A stretch of DNA of 64,000 nucleotides. Origin: Vitrella brassicaformis CCMP3155. Lineage: Eukaryota; Protista; Chromerida. The notes beneath the pieces were generated by a model. That model ran no database searches. It was not told the DNA's origin and was given only the letters and a program-made list of their open reading frames with translations. Of this stretch, positions 33,529-46,101 are shown piece by piece; within the stretch, counting starts at the first letter, position 1; the number at the start of each line of letters is the position of its first letter. Made by a program: the position numbers and the translations under genes. The stretch lies in assembly GCA_001179505.1 (NCBI GenBank), contig CDMY01000033.1, positions 62,001-126,000 of the forward strand, given 5' to 3'.

Positions 33529-34919
33529 TGACAGCGGTGTGGCGATTGCATGTGAGTAACCCATCTTATCGTGTCTCTACGTGTAATGATGATGTGGTGT
33601 ATGATGATTTTAGCCAGCTGCCGAAGTTTTTGGACGGCCCACGTATTGCCCAGCCCCGTGTGCATCACACGTGGGGCACGGCTATCGTGTGGCCCAAGGC
33701 GAAGTCTTTTCGTACACAGCTTACGTCATGGGATGCGATGAAATGGCGACCTCTGAACTCTTACTTTCGCCATCGTTTCGCGCGCATCTATGCGGATGTA
33801 GGGCGGGCTTCGGGTGTGTTGAATGAGTACATGTCAGACCATTTTTCTTGCATGCGTATCAGTTCTCTTTTCCATGCATTGGCGTCACATAATCGCTTGT
33901 TGCATGGCCATGCTGTATTATGTGGATCGCTATCGTCGACTGTGTCTGTGTGTGTGCATGATATTGGTAATCTTTATCCCAGCTGCCCCCGTGTGGAGGC
34001 TCTCGCTGCATTGCATGCTGCGTACAACTGGCTGAAAGACACAAAGCGTTATCGCTACGTCAACATTCCTCGTGCCCCTCCCTGGCCTGTCCATCGTAGT
34101 ACTCGCTCTCGTCTCTATCCCTCTCGCTTTGGATCCATGCGATGTGCCACGGCAACACGTCTGAAGCCGTTTTTCAGCACTAACGCCAACTATCTATCAT
34201 GTCGTACGTACACCATCGAGGATATCGTTCGTGTCGTTGAGCATGATCTTGCATTCAGCTACACTCGTGTGGGCGGTGTTTTGTTCTATCAACGTGAGGG
34301 CTTCTCGCAGGGCAGCCATATCAGCCCTGGTCTTGCTAATCTGTTCGCTGCTGACAGAGAGCGTGCATTTGTTCATTCACTGTCTCCAAATGAGCGCCAC
34401 GTGTTCTCACTGTGTTTCGTTCGACGATGGATGGATGATCGGTTGTTGATCCTGCCACCTGTCGACTATTTTCCATCTCATTACACTCATGCCTATTCAT
34501 CTGTGGTGTCGCGGCTGATGGCTACTGATTTTTATCATGAGCACTGCGTCTTGGAGTTGGATGCATCTGGTGTGTATGTCGGTTGCGATATCCATGTGAA
34601 TGGCTCTCAAGTGTCTCTCTCTCAGCACAACCCCAATGCTGACTTGCTCACTCGTCCCCTCTCCTCACCACTTGCCTACATTCGGTACATTCATGCCCAT
34701 TCTGCCATGTCTGATGCTCGTAAAGCTAATCTGCTGTATGGACATCTGCTGCGTGTGCTTGACTTTACCATGCGCGAGTGTCATGAGTCTCTCGTGATTG
34801 GTCTCTCTCGCTGTGTGAATGAGTTGACTCGTTTTGGCTTTTCACGCCCTTTGATTCATCGCCAACTCACTCGTGTTGCTCGCCACTTCCCCGCACTGCT
34901 GCGTGCATTACGTGAGTGA
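33507..34919 (+). CDS. ORF2b: Penelope-type reverse transcriptase core and thumb, offset -1 from ORF2a
   Basis: Motif A Asp at 33960, motif B QGS at 34308, motif C WMDD at 34428. The ~110-aa A-to-B spacing is compatible with an insertion-in-fingers domain. Confidence 0.93.
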   Translation: MDVPTAVVTAVWRLHVSNPSYRVSTCNDDVVYDDFSQLPKFLDGPRIAQPRVHHTWGTAIVWPKAKSFRTQLTSWDAMKWRPLNSYFRHRFARIYADVGRASGVLNEYMSDHFSCMRISSLFHALASHNRLLHGHAVLCGSLSSTVSVCVHDIGNLYPSCPRVEALAALHAAYNWLKDTKRYRYVNIPRAPPWPVHRSTRSRLYPSRFGSMRCATATRLKPFFSTNANYLSCRTYTIEDIVRVVEHDLAFSYTRVGGVLFYQREGFSQGSHISPGLANLFAADRERAFVHSLSPNERHVFSLCFVRRWMDDRLLILPPVDYFPSHYTHAYSSVVSRLMATDFYHEHCVLELDASGVYVGCDIHVNGSQVSLSQHNPNADLLTRPLSSPLAYIRYIHAHSAMSDARKANLLYGHLLRVLDFTMRECHESLVIGLSRCVNELTRFGFSRPLIHRQLTRVARHFPALLRALRE

Positions 34920-34981
34920 TGCCTTGCTTGTCGTCTGCTTGCCCGTTGTTGTCGTATCACCGCATTCTGCGAGACTAGTAC

Positions 34982-35113
34982 CGCTGCGGTTTCTGCTGCC
35001 TGCACCCTTTACATGCGATTGGCCAGTAGGCGTGCGCGCTTCTATGTGTGGCAGTGACTCTGATACATCAATCGACGTGTGAGCGGTCAGAAGCACGTCC
35101 AACCACAGATCTA
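34982..35113 (+). repeat. 3' pseudo-LTR (132 bp)
   Basis: Direct repeat of 30085-30216. Confidence 0.95.
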
Positions 35114-35171
35114 ACGGCTGAGCTGGCTACGTGTGTGTGTGTTGTCTTATCCATGATCGAATGGAATGCCA

Positions 35172-35345
35172 GCGCTCTTGTTCACATACGATCTGGACAT
35201 AGGCACTGACGCGGCCCAGGAGCGCGTTAACAGATGGGAGGAGACGTTTATCGCCGTCATGTCCGACTACACCGACCTTGAGAATCCTGGCAGGCACTTC
35301 CCTGGGCTAGAGGTCTCTTTCTTGACCCATGGGGGCAGAGGTCAG
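35172..35345 (+). pseudogene. Isolated exon-like fragment resembling a Patched/NPC1-family luminal segment
   Basis: ALLFTYDL...AQERVNRWEETFIAVM...GLEVSFLTH resembles the A-x-x-WE-x-x-FI...VSF segment preceding the sterol-sensing domain. AG acceptor upstream; no partner exons found. Confidence 0.3.
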
Positions 35346-36106
35346 GCGGGCAAGGAGCACTACATGTGACATTATACGAGGAAGGGGCACTCTCTGACTC
35401 TGTGTCTCCTCTCTCTCTCTCTCTCTCTCTGCGTGTGTGTGTGTGTGTGGTGTAGCCGACGCCCTCTAGTAAGGAAGCAGACGGAGACACGGAACAATCC
35501 TCTGCTTGATTCCTCGTGTGTGTCCCTGCCCCTCCCTCCCTCCCTCTCTCCCTCTGTGTGTGTGTGCGTGTGTCTGTGTGTGCAACAAGTCCCCCCGATT
35601 GGGACACCGGCGACACACAACCACCAGAAGAGTCGCCGGAATGGTACGAGGGCGAGTGGGTGGTCTGGGTCGCGGGCGCGGGGGCGGTGACAGGGACGGC
35701 CGTGATGACCTGTGTGGCGGGGGCGGTGGGCGCCTGGCTCTCCCGGAGGAAGAGACGAAACGCTGTCGGGGGTGGGCTGACCGATGCCAGTGCCCATGCG
35801 GCAAGTGAGAGGAGCTAGCCAAAAGGCGGGCTGCTCACACAGAGAGAGACACACGGAGGAACGGAGTTTTCGGTTTAGGAGGCTGTCTGTCTGTGAGGAT
35901 TTGTTTGAGCGATAGATCTCTCAGTTTTTCGGTGTGTCGTCGCATTTGAGCTCAATCGCTCTGCCCTCGGTGTGTGTGTGTGTGCCTCGGTGTGTGTGTG
36001 CCTCGGTGTGTGTGTGTGTGTGTCTGTGTGTGCGACAAAGTGGTGAAAGATAGTCCATGGAAGGCGTGGACTGATAGGGGTGGGTGCACTATTAAGGGAC
36101 CCATGT

Positions 36107-36498
36107 CTGTGCAGAGATTGATTGGCCAAGACTCTGTGTGTGTGACTGCATCGATATCGACGCGCAGACGGAAAGAGAAGAAGAGACCACACAAGGAAAG
36201 AGAGCTGGCAGTGTGTGTGGCTGATGGATGGATGTTCGTGGTCCCACCCGCCTCCCATCAATCCGCAGCACACAGACAGACAGACAGACAGACGGACGAA
36301 CAGACAGACGGATGGATGGATGGATGGATGAGATGAGTGTGTCTGTGCGTGTCGCGTGTCAATCGCATCACTGATCCGATCCATTGCAGTGAGTGAAGTA
36401 ACACAACACAGGTCATGTCTTGTCCAAAAGTGCCAACTGGCAACACACTGACTGCCACATCCACTTAGTCTGACTAGCCCCGGTCGGTTGGACACATC
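36107..36498 (-). repeat. Dispersed 3' cassette, inverted copy downstream of the TPR gene
   Basis: Reverse complement aligns with 23085-23415 and 43449-43800. Confidence 0.88.
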
Positions 36499-36545
36499 CC
36501 ATCCATCCAGATATCCATTCATTCAATTGACATGCGTCATATCAG

Positions 36546-38747
36546 TCACGATATCACCCTCACGAACGGCCCCACTTGCGCCAGCTGGTAAGCCTCACAC
36601 AGCACCTCGTGCATCTCCCTGTGTCGCTTCAGCGTCGCCCTGAAACTGGCCGCCCACACATCCGCAGCCCCATGGCCATTTCCGCCACCACTCGGTGACG
36701 AGGACTGCTGCAGGGCTTTCCACGCATCGCAGAAGGCCACCACGTGCGCGGCACCGTACTTGCGGACGAGCCGCAGGAAACCATACTGAGCTATCAAGTG
36801 CTCGGCCAGGTCAACCTGCACACATTAACCAAATGAGAGAGGGAGGTGTGAGCAGATGTCATCCACCTGGTTGTCGGCCATGGCTTTGAGAGTGGATGCC
36901 CTGAACTGCTCGAGGAACAGGCCAGCTTGCACGTCGAGCTCATCTGGGTAGGTCCTGAGCAGCTCGAGCAGGGAGGTAGCCGAGGGGAGGTTGCCCTCCC
37001 CGATGGCCTTGGCACTCGCCACCGAGGCCTTGGTCCACTCCCTGACACAAACACACGCCACAGACAGAGGACAGAAAGGAGTGTATGTGTGGGTGTGTGG
37101 GTGTGTGGGTGTGTGGGTGTGGGTGCTTACTGGAAGACTTTGAAGAGGGCCTGGTTCTTGAATGCCTCCTCCAGCCGCTCATAGCCAGCGAAGAACTGGA
37201 AGAAACACGCCACATCATCTGAACGACACACCACACACACAACGCTCACATGATATCATGAATCGCATGGCTTCCCACATCTGTCTGCCAGCTTGTCGGT
37301 CTCTCTTACTTGCGACGGTTTCCCACAGGTCAGTGCCATCCTTGTCCTTGTGTGCCTTGTCTGTCGCGGCTTGTTTGGCGTCCTCGAGCAGCCCCAGCAC
37401 CACAATGTCGGCCTCCAGGTCCACCAGACGGTTGAAAAACCGACCGTCATCAAGCGAATCCTGACAAGCACCAGCCACACAGAATGCGATGAAGGTCATC
37501 CCTGTGTGTGTATGTGTGTGTGTCATGAGAGGTCATCTCTCTGTCTTCAGACATCTGACCCACCTGCACGTGCTGCAGCAGATGGTCCGACAGGTACTGC
37601 CCTCGCACTCGCACGCTCCGCCACCCGCCACTCTCCCCTTCGCCCTCTCTCTCCACCACACCGCCCATAGCATCATGCCCACCCAACGGCAGGCGCCTCC
37701 CGTGCACACGCCTCAGTGTCGGGTACAGCGACGGGAACCGCGGCATGACCGGCTGCTGCTGCTGCTGCTGGCTGGCATCTGTGTCTGTGTCGCTGTGTGG
37801 GGGAGTTGGGGTCTCGTGGGTCTCCCTGAAGTCCTCACAGAGGTCGTAGAAGGCCTTGCTGTCCTCCTCGTTGAAGAGGTACTGCGAGAGGTCCACCAGC
37901 AGCCAGTCGGCGCCATGACTCTCACCACCCTCAGTGTCGCCAGCAGCACACGAGACTGCCACAGCCAGCAGCTCCTGGGTGTAGTCCTTGATGGCAACGT
38001 CAGTATAGAACGGCGCAACATCTGCTGATGTGGATGCCTCGTCGGCCTCCTCCTCCTGCTGCTGCTGCTGCTGGTGGTCTCTCTCGCCTTTCCTCCTCAG
38101 ACCGCCCTCAACCAGACCATCCAACAGCCCCGCCATCCTCTCCGCCCGCTGAGCTGGCTGCAGGGACCTGGCAAGCTTCGCCAGCTGCGCCCTGGCCTTC
38201 CTGAATGTGAGCTGCTGCTCCATGTGTGTGTCGCTGAGCCAGCTGGTGGAGGAGGCCTGTCCGAGGATCTCCTGTGTCTTGTTGAGCATGGAGCGGATCT
38301 GCGCGTTGGCGGGCTGGATTGCCAGGGCGGTGCGGAAGGCCACCTGGGCGGCGTGGAAGGACCGGTTGCGGAAACACGCAGTGCCCAGCCGATGCCACGC
38401 CTGCACGCGCCCACCGACGGAACAACCAACACAGATGTGGTGTGTGCGTTTGATGAGTTCACCTTGAGGTTGTCGGGGTCTCTCTGGATGGCCATCTTGG
38501 CTGCCTGGATGGCCTCGATGGGCCGCAGCAGTCTCAGGTGCGCCTCGGCCATGTTGGAGTAGATCAGCCCGCGTGTGGCTTCATCACCACCGTCGCTGTC
38601 GGACTGCATCGCCACGCCCTGGGCATAGAGTCTCAGGGCGCCCCCGTAGTCGCCTCGTGTGAATGCAGCGTTGCCTTGTGCGCGGCACTCATCGATGGTT
38701 GACGGAAGGGGCGGTGCAACGAATTCAGCTGAAGATGACGTGTCCAT
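36546..38747 (-). CDS. N-terminal TPR-domain protein
   Basis: ECRAQGNAAFTRGDYGGALRLYAQG, IYSNMAEAHLRL...AIQRDPDNLK and AWHRLGTACF...ALAIQPANAQIR form three TPR repeats. Further helical exons follow; 3' end approximate. Confidence 0.85.
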
Positions 38748-38911
38748 TGCACAGACAACAGTACCCAGACCGCAGATCTGGACCTTCTGGGATTGGCTTC
38801 AAGCTCGCAGTCGAAGCCGGGCAGTAAAAGATGGCCGAGAGCGCGTCGGCGAGCGCGGGAGAGGCCCGTGGGCAGAAGAGAACCCTCGAGCAATCAGATC
38901 TCCCATTCTCC

Positions 38912-41434
38912 ATGGACGTGGTACGCCTCACATGACACGCACACACACACACACATCCATCCATCCATCGTGGTCTCTCCTGCATTGGCCTCCAGACGTC
39001 GGGCAGTACTGGCGTGGTTGGACCGCTGAACGTCGAGCAGGTGACGCTTCTGCAGCAGCTTCTTCTGGACCAGAAGCGGTGCATCAAGGAGTGCCGGAGG
39101 CGCAACGAGCGGCTGAGGGATGAGGCCAGGAGGGGCAAACTCGCTATGGCACTCGTCAAACAGATCTTTGCCATGGTACGCCAACCGAGGAAGGAAGCAA
39201 GAGCCAACGGACATCGAGTGGTGGATGTGTGTGAGCACTTGACTTGGATGTGTGTGTTCAGTTGAAGTCTGACATCGAGACCTGTGGGAGGGGCCTGATC
39301 CGCCCCAGTGAGGACTGCCTGCAGGGACTCAACACATCCGCTGACGAAGACCAAGTTACGTCACCACACTGCGTGCGCCGTCAGTCGTCCATCGGTGTGT
39401 GTGTGTGTGTGTGCAGGTTTGGGTGAGTGGCTGCAGACGGCCACAGCCGACTACGAGAAGCTGCTGCCGCGGGACTCCCAGATGGACACCGACGAGGGCG
39501 ACGACCAGGACGACACTGCCGAGGAAATCGACCAGCTCTACCAAAACATGCCGCAAACGGTGAGAGGAGAGGAGAGGAGAGGAGATGACCACACAAACAC
39601 TCTCTGTGCGTCTATGTGTGTCTGTGTGTGTGTCTGTCTGTCTGTCAGGTGCTGGACACACTGCAGAAGTGCGTGGAGAGCGTGACGGGCATCGCCAGGG
39701 AGGTCATCCGGGACCAGAACAACCAGTGGCAGGTGCTGCAGCAGCGCACCAGCAACGACCACGATGACGCCCTCAAGGCGCAGAAGACCCTCAATGACAA
39801 ACTCCACACCAAGTGAGTAGGGACGGGGGGACAACACACGACAGCCAACAGGCAGGGAATAGGCGGGCATGTGCGCGTTGTGACGCCTGCCGTCTGTCTG
39901 TCTGTCTTTTGTCCTCTGTCTGTGTGTGTGTGTGTGTGTGTGTAGGCTCCGGGAGCAGACGGCCGCGGCCGAGATGCAGAAGGAGCGGGCGGATCGGACA
40001 AAGAGGAGACTCAAAGACCTCGAGGTCAGGCAGAGGCACACAGGCACACGCACAGGCACACCAATGTGTTGTTGTCATCATCCATCCCTCTCCTGTGTGT
40101 GTGTGTGTGTGTGTGTGTCAGGAGGACTACGAGGACGTCCGTCTGGAGCTGGATGAGGAGCGGCAGAAGGCCATCCGGCGGGTCCACATTCCATCCGCAG
40201 AACCGTCACCCACACCCAAACAGGAGGTACGCAGCACAGCACAGTTCTCCACCCCACACACACTTATGCACTGGGTGGATTGTCCATGTGTGTGTATCAG
40301 GATGGTGGTGTAATGGACACGGGCGCCGCGAGCAGCGAGGAGCTGGAGGACGTCAAGCAGCGGCTCGAGAGAAGGACCAATGAACTCCAACACGCTGAGG
40401 CCGCCGTCGCCCAACTCAAGGAGCGGCTCGCAAAGGAGAAGGAGCAAAATGTAGGCACGCTGGATGGAATACACCACACACGGCTCATGATTGCTCCTGG
40501 ATTCGTGTGTGTGTTCAGCGGTTGACGTCTGAGCGCATCAAGCAGTCGAAGGAGTACCAGGGCCTCGTCAAACTCACAGAGGAACAGTCCAGGGCACTGG
40601 TACGCACACACCACGCCCTCCCTCCCTCCCTGCCTGCCTGCCTGCCTGCCTGCATCTGTGCCCTTTCCTTCTCTCGTCCCTTCAGGCGGTGTCGCAGGCG
40701 GATCAGGCCACTGCTCGCGAAGAGACGCGGACCTACCAGATCAACTTCGACAGAATGCTCGACAAGAAAATGGTACCCACCCCACCCAGCCCCCGCAGCA
40801 CCTCTCTCTCTCTCTGTGGGCGGGGGGATGGGTGTATGTCAGGGTGAGCGCTTGGCCGAGTTGCGCGAGCGCAACAGCAAGCTGACTTCGGCTGTCCGTG
40901 AGCACGAGGAGCGGGTCCGCGAGGTAGAGGACCGGCTGCGTGCGACGCAGGAGGAGCTCGACAAGGAGAGGCACCGGCAGACGCTCGACACGGTCATGCA
41001 GGAGCTGCAGAATGTGCAGCGATGCCACAAGGAGCAGCTTGAGAGGAAACACAGAGCGGTGAGGGATGAGATACATGCAGGGAGAGAGAGACTCTGTGTG
41101 TGTGTGTGTCTGCTCGTACTGACATCAGTATGAGCAGCTGCGCGCTGAGTACACCAGCCAGCGGGAGGACTACAACAAGGCCGTCGAGGCACGCGACGAA
41201 CTCGCCAAACAGTGCCACAAGAAGGTCCGTAGGCCATCCAACCCTCACCACCTCCTCTCTCCCACATTGCCCCATCTGTGTGTCGTCGCTTGTGTGTGTG
41301 TGCCGCAGGAGGATGAGCTCGACGCGTTGCGTCGGGTGCAGGGCAGCGTGAGTGAGGCGCAGGCGCTCGCCAGCCTCCGAGAGGAGGTGGCCAGGCTCAG
41401 GAGAAACGAGGCGGTACGCGACCATACACACACA

Positions 41435-41471
<37 letters not shown>

Positions 41472-43450
41472 GCCTGGACACAGAAATCGATCTACGTGTG
41501 TGCGGCCATGACACACAGAGCATGGAGGCTGATACCAAGCGGGCCGTGGTGAGGAGCACTGAGCACGCACACGCCCGCAACTCTGCGGGGGGACACACAC
41601 ACTCCCCCTATCTGTCTGAATGCGTGTGTCATCAGAAGGACAAGCAGGAGATGAAGCAGACCTACGAGCAGACTGAGTGTGCGTACGAGGACGAGATTAA
41701 GAGCAAGGAGGCCAAAGTCACAGAATCCGCCAAAACTGTCATCGCTAAGTGAGCCAACCGGCCGCCAGTGAAAGACGCACGCGCTCGCGGGCGTGGGAGG
41801 CCTATGTGTGTGTGGGGGGGAATGTGTGTGTGGCTTAAGGGAGAAGGAGATCGAGCGGTATCGTCACGAGAAGGTCGACTTTGCCTACCAGAGGAAGAAA
41901 TACGAATATAATATCGACGACCTCCGGAAAGAGGTCAGTGAGTAAATGGGAGAGAGAGGGGGAGGGGAGAACGCTCACTCGCGCGATGCACGCGAGCATT
42001 GATATGTGTGTCTGTGCGTGTGTTTGTGTGTGTGTGTGTGTGTGGTTGGGTTCAGAACACCGAGGCCATGGTGCAGCTGGAGTTCGCCCAGACCACCCTC
42101 CGGCAATGGGCGAAGCTCATCCAGGAGCTGCAGCACAAAGTGGTCAGTAGCTCATGAGCACAAACGCCTAACCCCCCGAGCACACTAACAGGCACCTCAC
42201 CATCCCCCTCCTCGTGTGTGTGCAGGACATCTGCGAGACCGATCGCCGCGAGGCCATCGATGGCCGCAGAGAGCTGCAGGAACAAAACCAACAGAACAGC
42301 AAAAAGGTATACAGGCAGGCAGGCACGACAGACCAGTGGGCGTGGCGTGGATGGCCTCATCTCATCGATGGGATGGGTGTGCACTGCGCTGCACGTGTGC
42401 GTGTCAGGCGTTGCAAGAGGAGGACAGGGCAACCAAGCTGCTCCAAGAGAAAGCGGTGCGCTCTGCCTGAGTGTGTGGGGCCCAGCCCATCTGTGTGTCA
42501 CTCCTCTTTCCCCTGTCTCTCTGTGTGTCACTGCAGAGTGTGGCCGATGAGCTGAAGGAGGTCAGGGCTGAGTTGGACAAGGCCAGGAAGATCGCCAAGA
42601 AGCTCCAGGTCAGTCGGGTCGGCCGGAGCCACTTTAGTGCCCACAAAGCAAGGCGTGACTGACGTGCCTCAGGCACTGCACATGAGATACGATAGATAAC
42701 CGTTTGTTGGTGCATTCATTGTTTTCAGGATGACTTGGATTTCGCCATGCGGCGCCAGACGTCCAGCCTCTCTGTCATGTGTAAGACTGCATGATCTGAG
42801 CTGCCATGCCCTCCTCTGCACTGCACAACACACAATCCCTCGTTTGTGTGTGTGTGTTGGTGATGTGATCCACTGCTTTGATGTGTGACATGACAGCCCG
42901 TCAGCAGTCGACAACGGACACGAGCGAGTGGCTCAAGTACAACCAGCACCTCTCGCTCGACGACAAGGTCCGCGCCCTTGCCGACAGGCTCTCTGACTTC
43001 GAGGTGATGGACTCACTGTCATGGCACCTATGCATCGCATCAACACGTACACGCCACACATGGATGGGATGGATGGCCATGGATGTGTTGTCAATTGTGT
43101 TGGTCCGTCAGCGGATGGTGCGGTGCCCGGTGTGCAAGAAGGCCGAGTCGCGGCGAGATGCGGCACTCAGAGTCTGCGGACACACATTCTGCAGAGGTGC
43201 GCCACGTGGGCCGGGGTGGGTCGGTGAGGTGCATTCCTTCATGTCCTTTGGTTGGGCGTCAGAGTGCATTGAGCGTGACGTCAACAGCAGACGCCGCAAG
43301 TGCCCCGTCTGCAGTAAGCCAGCCAGCCAGCCAGACAGAAATGCAGCCAGACACGGAACTAACAGAGGCGCTGTGTGTCCGTTGGTGTGGTGTGTGTGTG
43401 CAGATGAGAAGTTCAACCAGGGCGACGTGCTGGAGCTGTATCTTAGCTGA
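38912..43450 (+). CDS. BRE1: BRE1/RNF20-like E3 ubiquitin ligase (long coiled coil + C-terminal C3HC4 RING)
   Basis: Many E/K/Q-rich exons ending in RCPVCKKAESRRDAALRVCGHTFCRECIERDVNSRRRKCPVCNEKFNQGDVLELYLS*, matching the BRE1 terminal RING pattern. Confidence 0.8.
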
Positions 43451-43800
43451 TGTGGACCTGGGCTAGTCAGACTAAGCGGATGTGGCAGTCAGTGTGGTGC
43501 CAGTGTGCAAGACAAGACATGACCTGTGTTGTGTTACTTCACTGCAATGGATCATTGATGCGACTGACATACGACACGCACACTCATCACATGAATCCAT
43601 CGGTCTGTCTGTCCATCGGTCTGTCTGTGTACTGCGAGTGTATGGAAGGCGGGTGGGACCACGAACATCCATCCATCCATCACTTACTCACTCACTCACT
43701 GGCTCTCTTGCCTTGTGGTCTCTCTCTCTTTCCGTCTGCGCGTCGATATCCATGCAGTCACACACACACACACAGTCTTGGCCAATCAATCTCTGCACAG
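43449..43800 (+). repeat. Dispersed 3' cassette, copy between the BRE1 stop and the transhydrogenase-like gene stop
   Basis: See 23085-23415. Confidence 0.88.
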
Positions 43801-43886
43801 CCGGCACACAGACAGTCACATGTGCACGTTTGTTTCGTAGGAAGGTGTGTGTGTCATGCATGGTTAGGCTGCTTGCCTTCGGTCAG

Positions 43887-46070
43887 TTAGTTGCTTGTGC
43901 TGGTGCTGTTGGCGGCGCTTTGCTGCTCGGCCACCCAGCGATCCAATAGGGACACAAGATCTGACCACAAACAATCAGACACAGACGAACGACATGCCCA
44001 CACGCAATTCTTTTTCCCCACGGACGCACTCACTCACTCACCTGGTCTCTCTTGCTGCATGTAGATGCGGAGTGCGGCGCGTGTGACGCTGCCGTGTCGC
44101 GTCATGACCATCGCGTTGATGTCGGGGTTGGCTGTCACACTGAAGGCCGCTGCGCCGCCCGAACTCTGATCAACCACACACACAGAAGTGGCTGCGTGTT
44201 TCCCTGTCACTGTGTCTCTCGTGAGTGAAGTGCCGACTTTGAGGATGTTGACGATGCATGACGAGTAGCGACTCGATGCCGCAGCTGGGTTTCGGTCAGC
44301 CGCCTTGTGCATGCCCACGATCTTGACACCAGACACACCATCCACCACCACCTCACCTGAGCACGACACGACACGACACGACACGACACACAGGTGTGCA
44401 GCTCCCTCTTATCTGTCTGTCCATCTGCCTGTTTGTGTGTCCTGACCAGGTCTCGTATTGCTGGAAGTCAGATCCACAATGCACTTGCCGCGGCCCATCA
44501 CACGCACCTGCAGCATGGACACACATACACACACACACACAGACAGGCAACAGAGTGAGAGTCTGTGCCTTGTCAGTCTCGGTGCTGGCTGTTGTGCTCT
44601 GACTGACCAGTTCTCCATCGAGTATCAAGGGGGCCGTGTTGCCATTGTTGGCCGCCGAGCAGATGACCAGATCCATCGACGGCAACACCTTCATCAGCAT
44701 CGCACGCTGCGCATCGAAATGGCCGCCGTCGCCTGACGTCGATGTGGCAGAGTGGTGGGGGTCGATGTACCGCACACCGCGAGACTCCAGGCGGGCTTTG
44801 GCATCAGCTCCGGTGTCAGTGTCAGTGGCAAACACACAAGCACCCAGAACTGATATACACACACAACACATGACGCATATTCATCCAGAGAGAGGCCAGC
44901 CACCTCATTTCTGTGTGTGTCTGTCTGACCGTGTTTGGCTGTCGTGATGGCCTGGCGAGCTGCGACGTCTGATCCGATCACGAGCACCTTGGGCGAGTTG
45001 AAGGATGAAGTGCCAGTCAGCGTGCCGAGAGCATGGATGCCATCGATCACGGCCTGAGTGATGGTCACGAGAAAGGAGAGAGGAAACAGTAGTGCACTTG
45101 TTTATGTGTGTGTGGCTGTGTTGTCTTGTGTCAAAGGGAAAAAGGTCCGCTACTTACTTGATGGCCGTCGAGCGAGGAAAGGGCAGATTGGACGTCCATG
45201 CTTTGCGTGGCTCTCGTGTGGGGGAGCTCGCCGACAGCCACTGCGGTCACGTGCTTGCTGCCGAGATCCAGCAGAAGGTGCTTGTTGCCAGACGCTGTCA
45301 TGTTGCACACCAACACCTGCACCATCGTGCGCAAAGGGATCAAAAAGCTGGTGGTGTGGTGGTGTGTTGTGGTATGTGTTCACCTTGTCTCTGTCGTTGG
45401 ATGAGGAGCACATCTGCTGAGCCTCCATTGCCGTCGGCTTGCCCACCTGCACCATCAGTGAATGAATGGATGGATGGATGGATGGCAGATAAATGCGTTG
45501 CTGTGTGTGTGTGCCGTACCTTGACGATGATGTCTGCCTGTTGGATCGTGTGCTGCTTGGACGCCACTTGGGCGCCCCAGAGCATGTAGTCGCTGTCGCT
45601 GAAGCCTGCCGACTCCCCCGCACCCGTCTCGAGGACGACCTCGAACCCCATCCGACGCATCTGAGGGACGGACTTGGGAACTGCACGCACACACCAACAC
45701 ACAGCATGCACACATTGACGCACGACATATCCTTCCCCTCCCCTCGTTCCTTCTTTCTGTTTGTCTGTCAGGCGTGCTTGCATACCGATGGCCACCATCT
45801 TGGTCGCGGACTCCTTGATGACGCCCACCTTCATGCGTGGCGCCGGCATGATGGTCTGCTGCACCTGCTGCTCACGCTCCTCCTGCTGCTCCCGCTCACG
45901 GACGAGTGTTGCGGCCCAGTCGACCTGCGCGCCGGGTCGACGGCGGGCGGGCGGCAGGGGCGGGTACATGTAGCTGTCATCTTCGTCACTCGTCAACTCA
46001 ATCGGCGGATACTGCATCACACACACACACATGCAGAGAGGGGCAGAGTGAGTGAGTTAGGAGCAGTGGC

Positions 46071-46101
<31 letters not shown>

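Larger units (their letters stand above)
30085..35113 (+). mobile_element. Penelope-like retroelement with N-terminal GIY-YIG endonuclease (Naiad/Chlamys architecture) plus an extra upstream ORF
   Basis: 132-bp direct terminal repeats. GIY-YIG (GLYLLCSPWSTHSYLG..R..EH..IEAQAIDVFQPSLN) upstream of a CPCH...GHV linker and an RT (PVDKSKG; HDIGNLYPS; YQREGFSQGSHISPGLANL; RRWMDD; thumb HAHS...K). No introns in the EN/RT region. Confidence 0.93.

Noticed and set aside
30085-35113. LTR retrotransposon interpretation of the direct repeats
   Set aside because: No TG...CA ends, primer-binding site, protease, RNase H or integrase. The RT and GIY-YIG are Penelope-type.
34920-35113. Canonical SECIS or hammerhead ribozyme in the 3' end
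   Set aside because: Could not complete the UGAN/NGAN quartet or find CUGANGA plus GAAA by eye. Left as a computational check.
35372-35854. T/P/A-rich possible mucin-like exons on the minus strand
   Set aside because: Several frames are equally open and no consistent start or splice model could be built.
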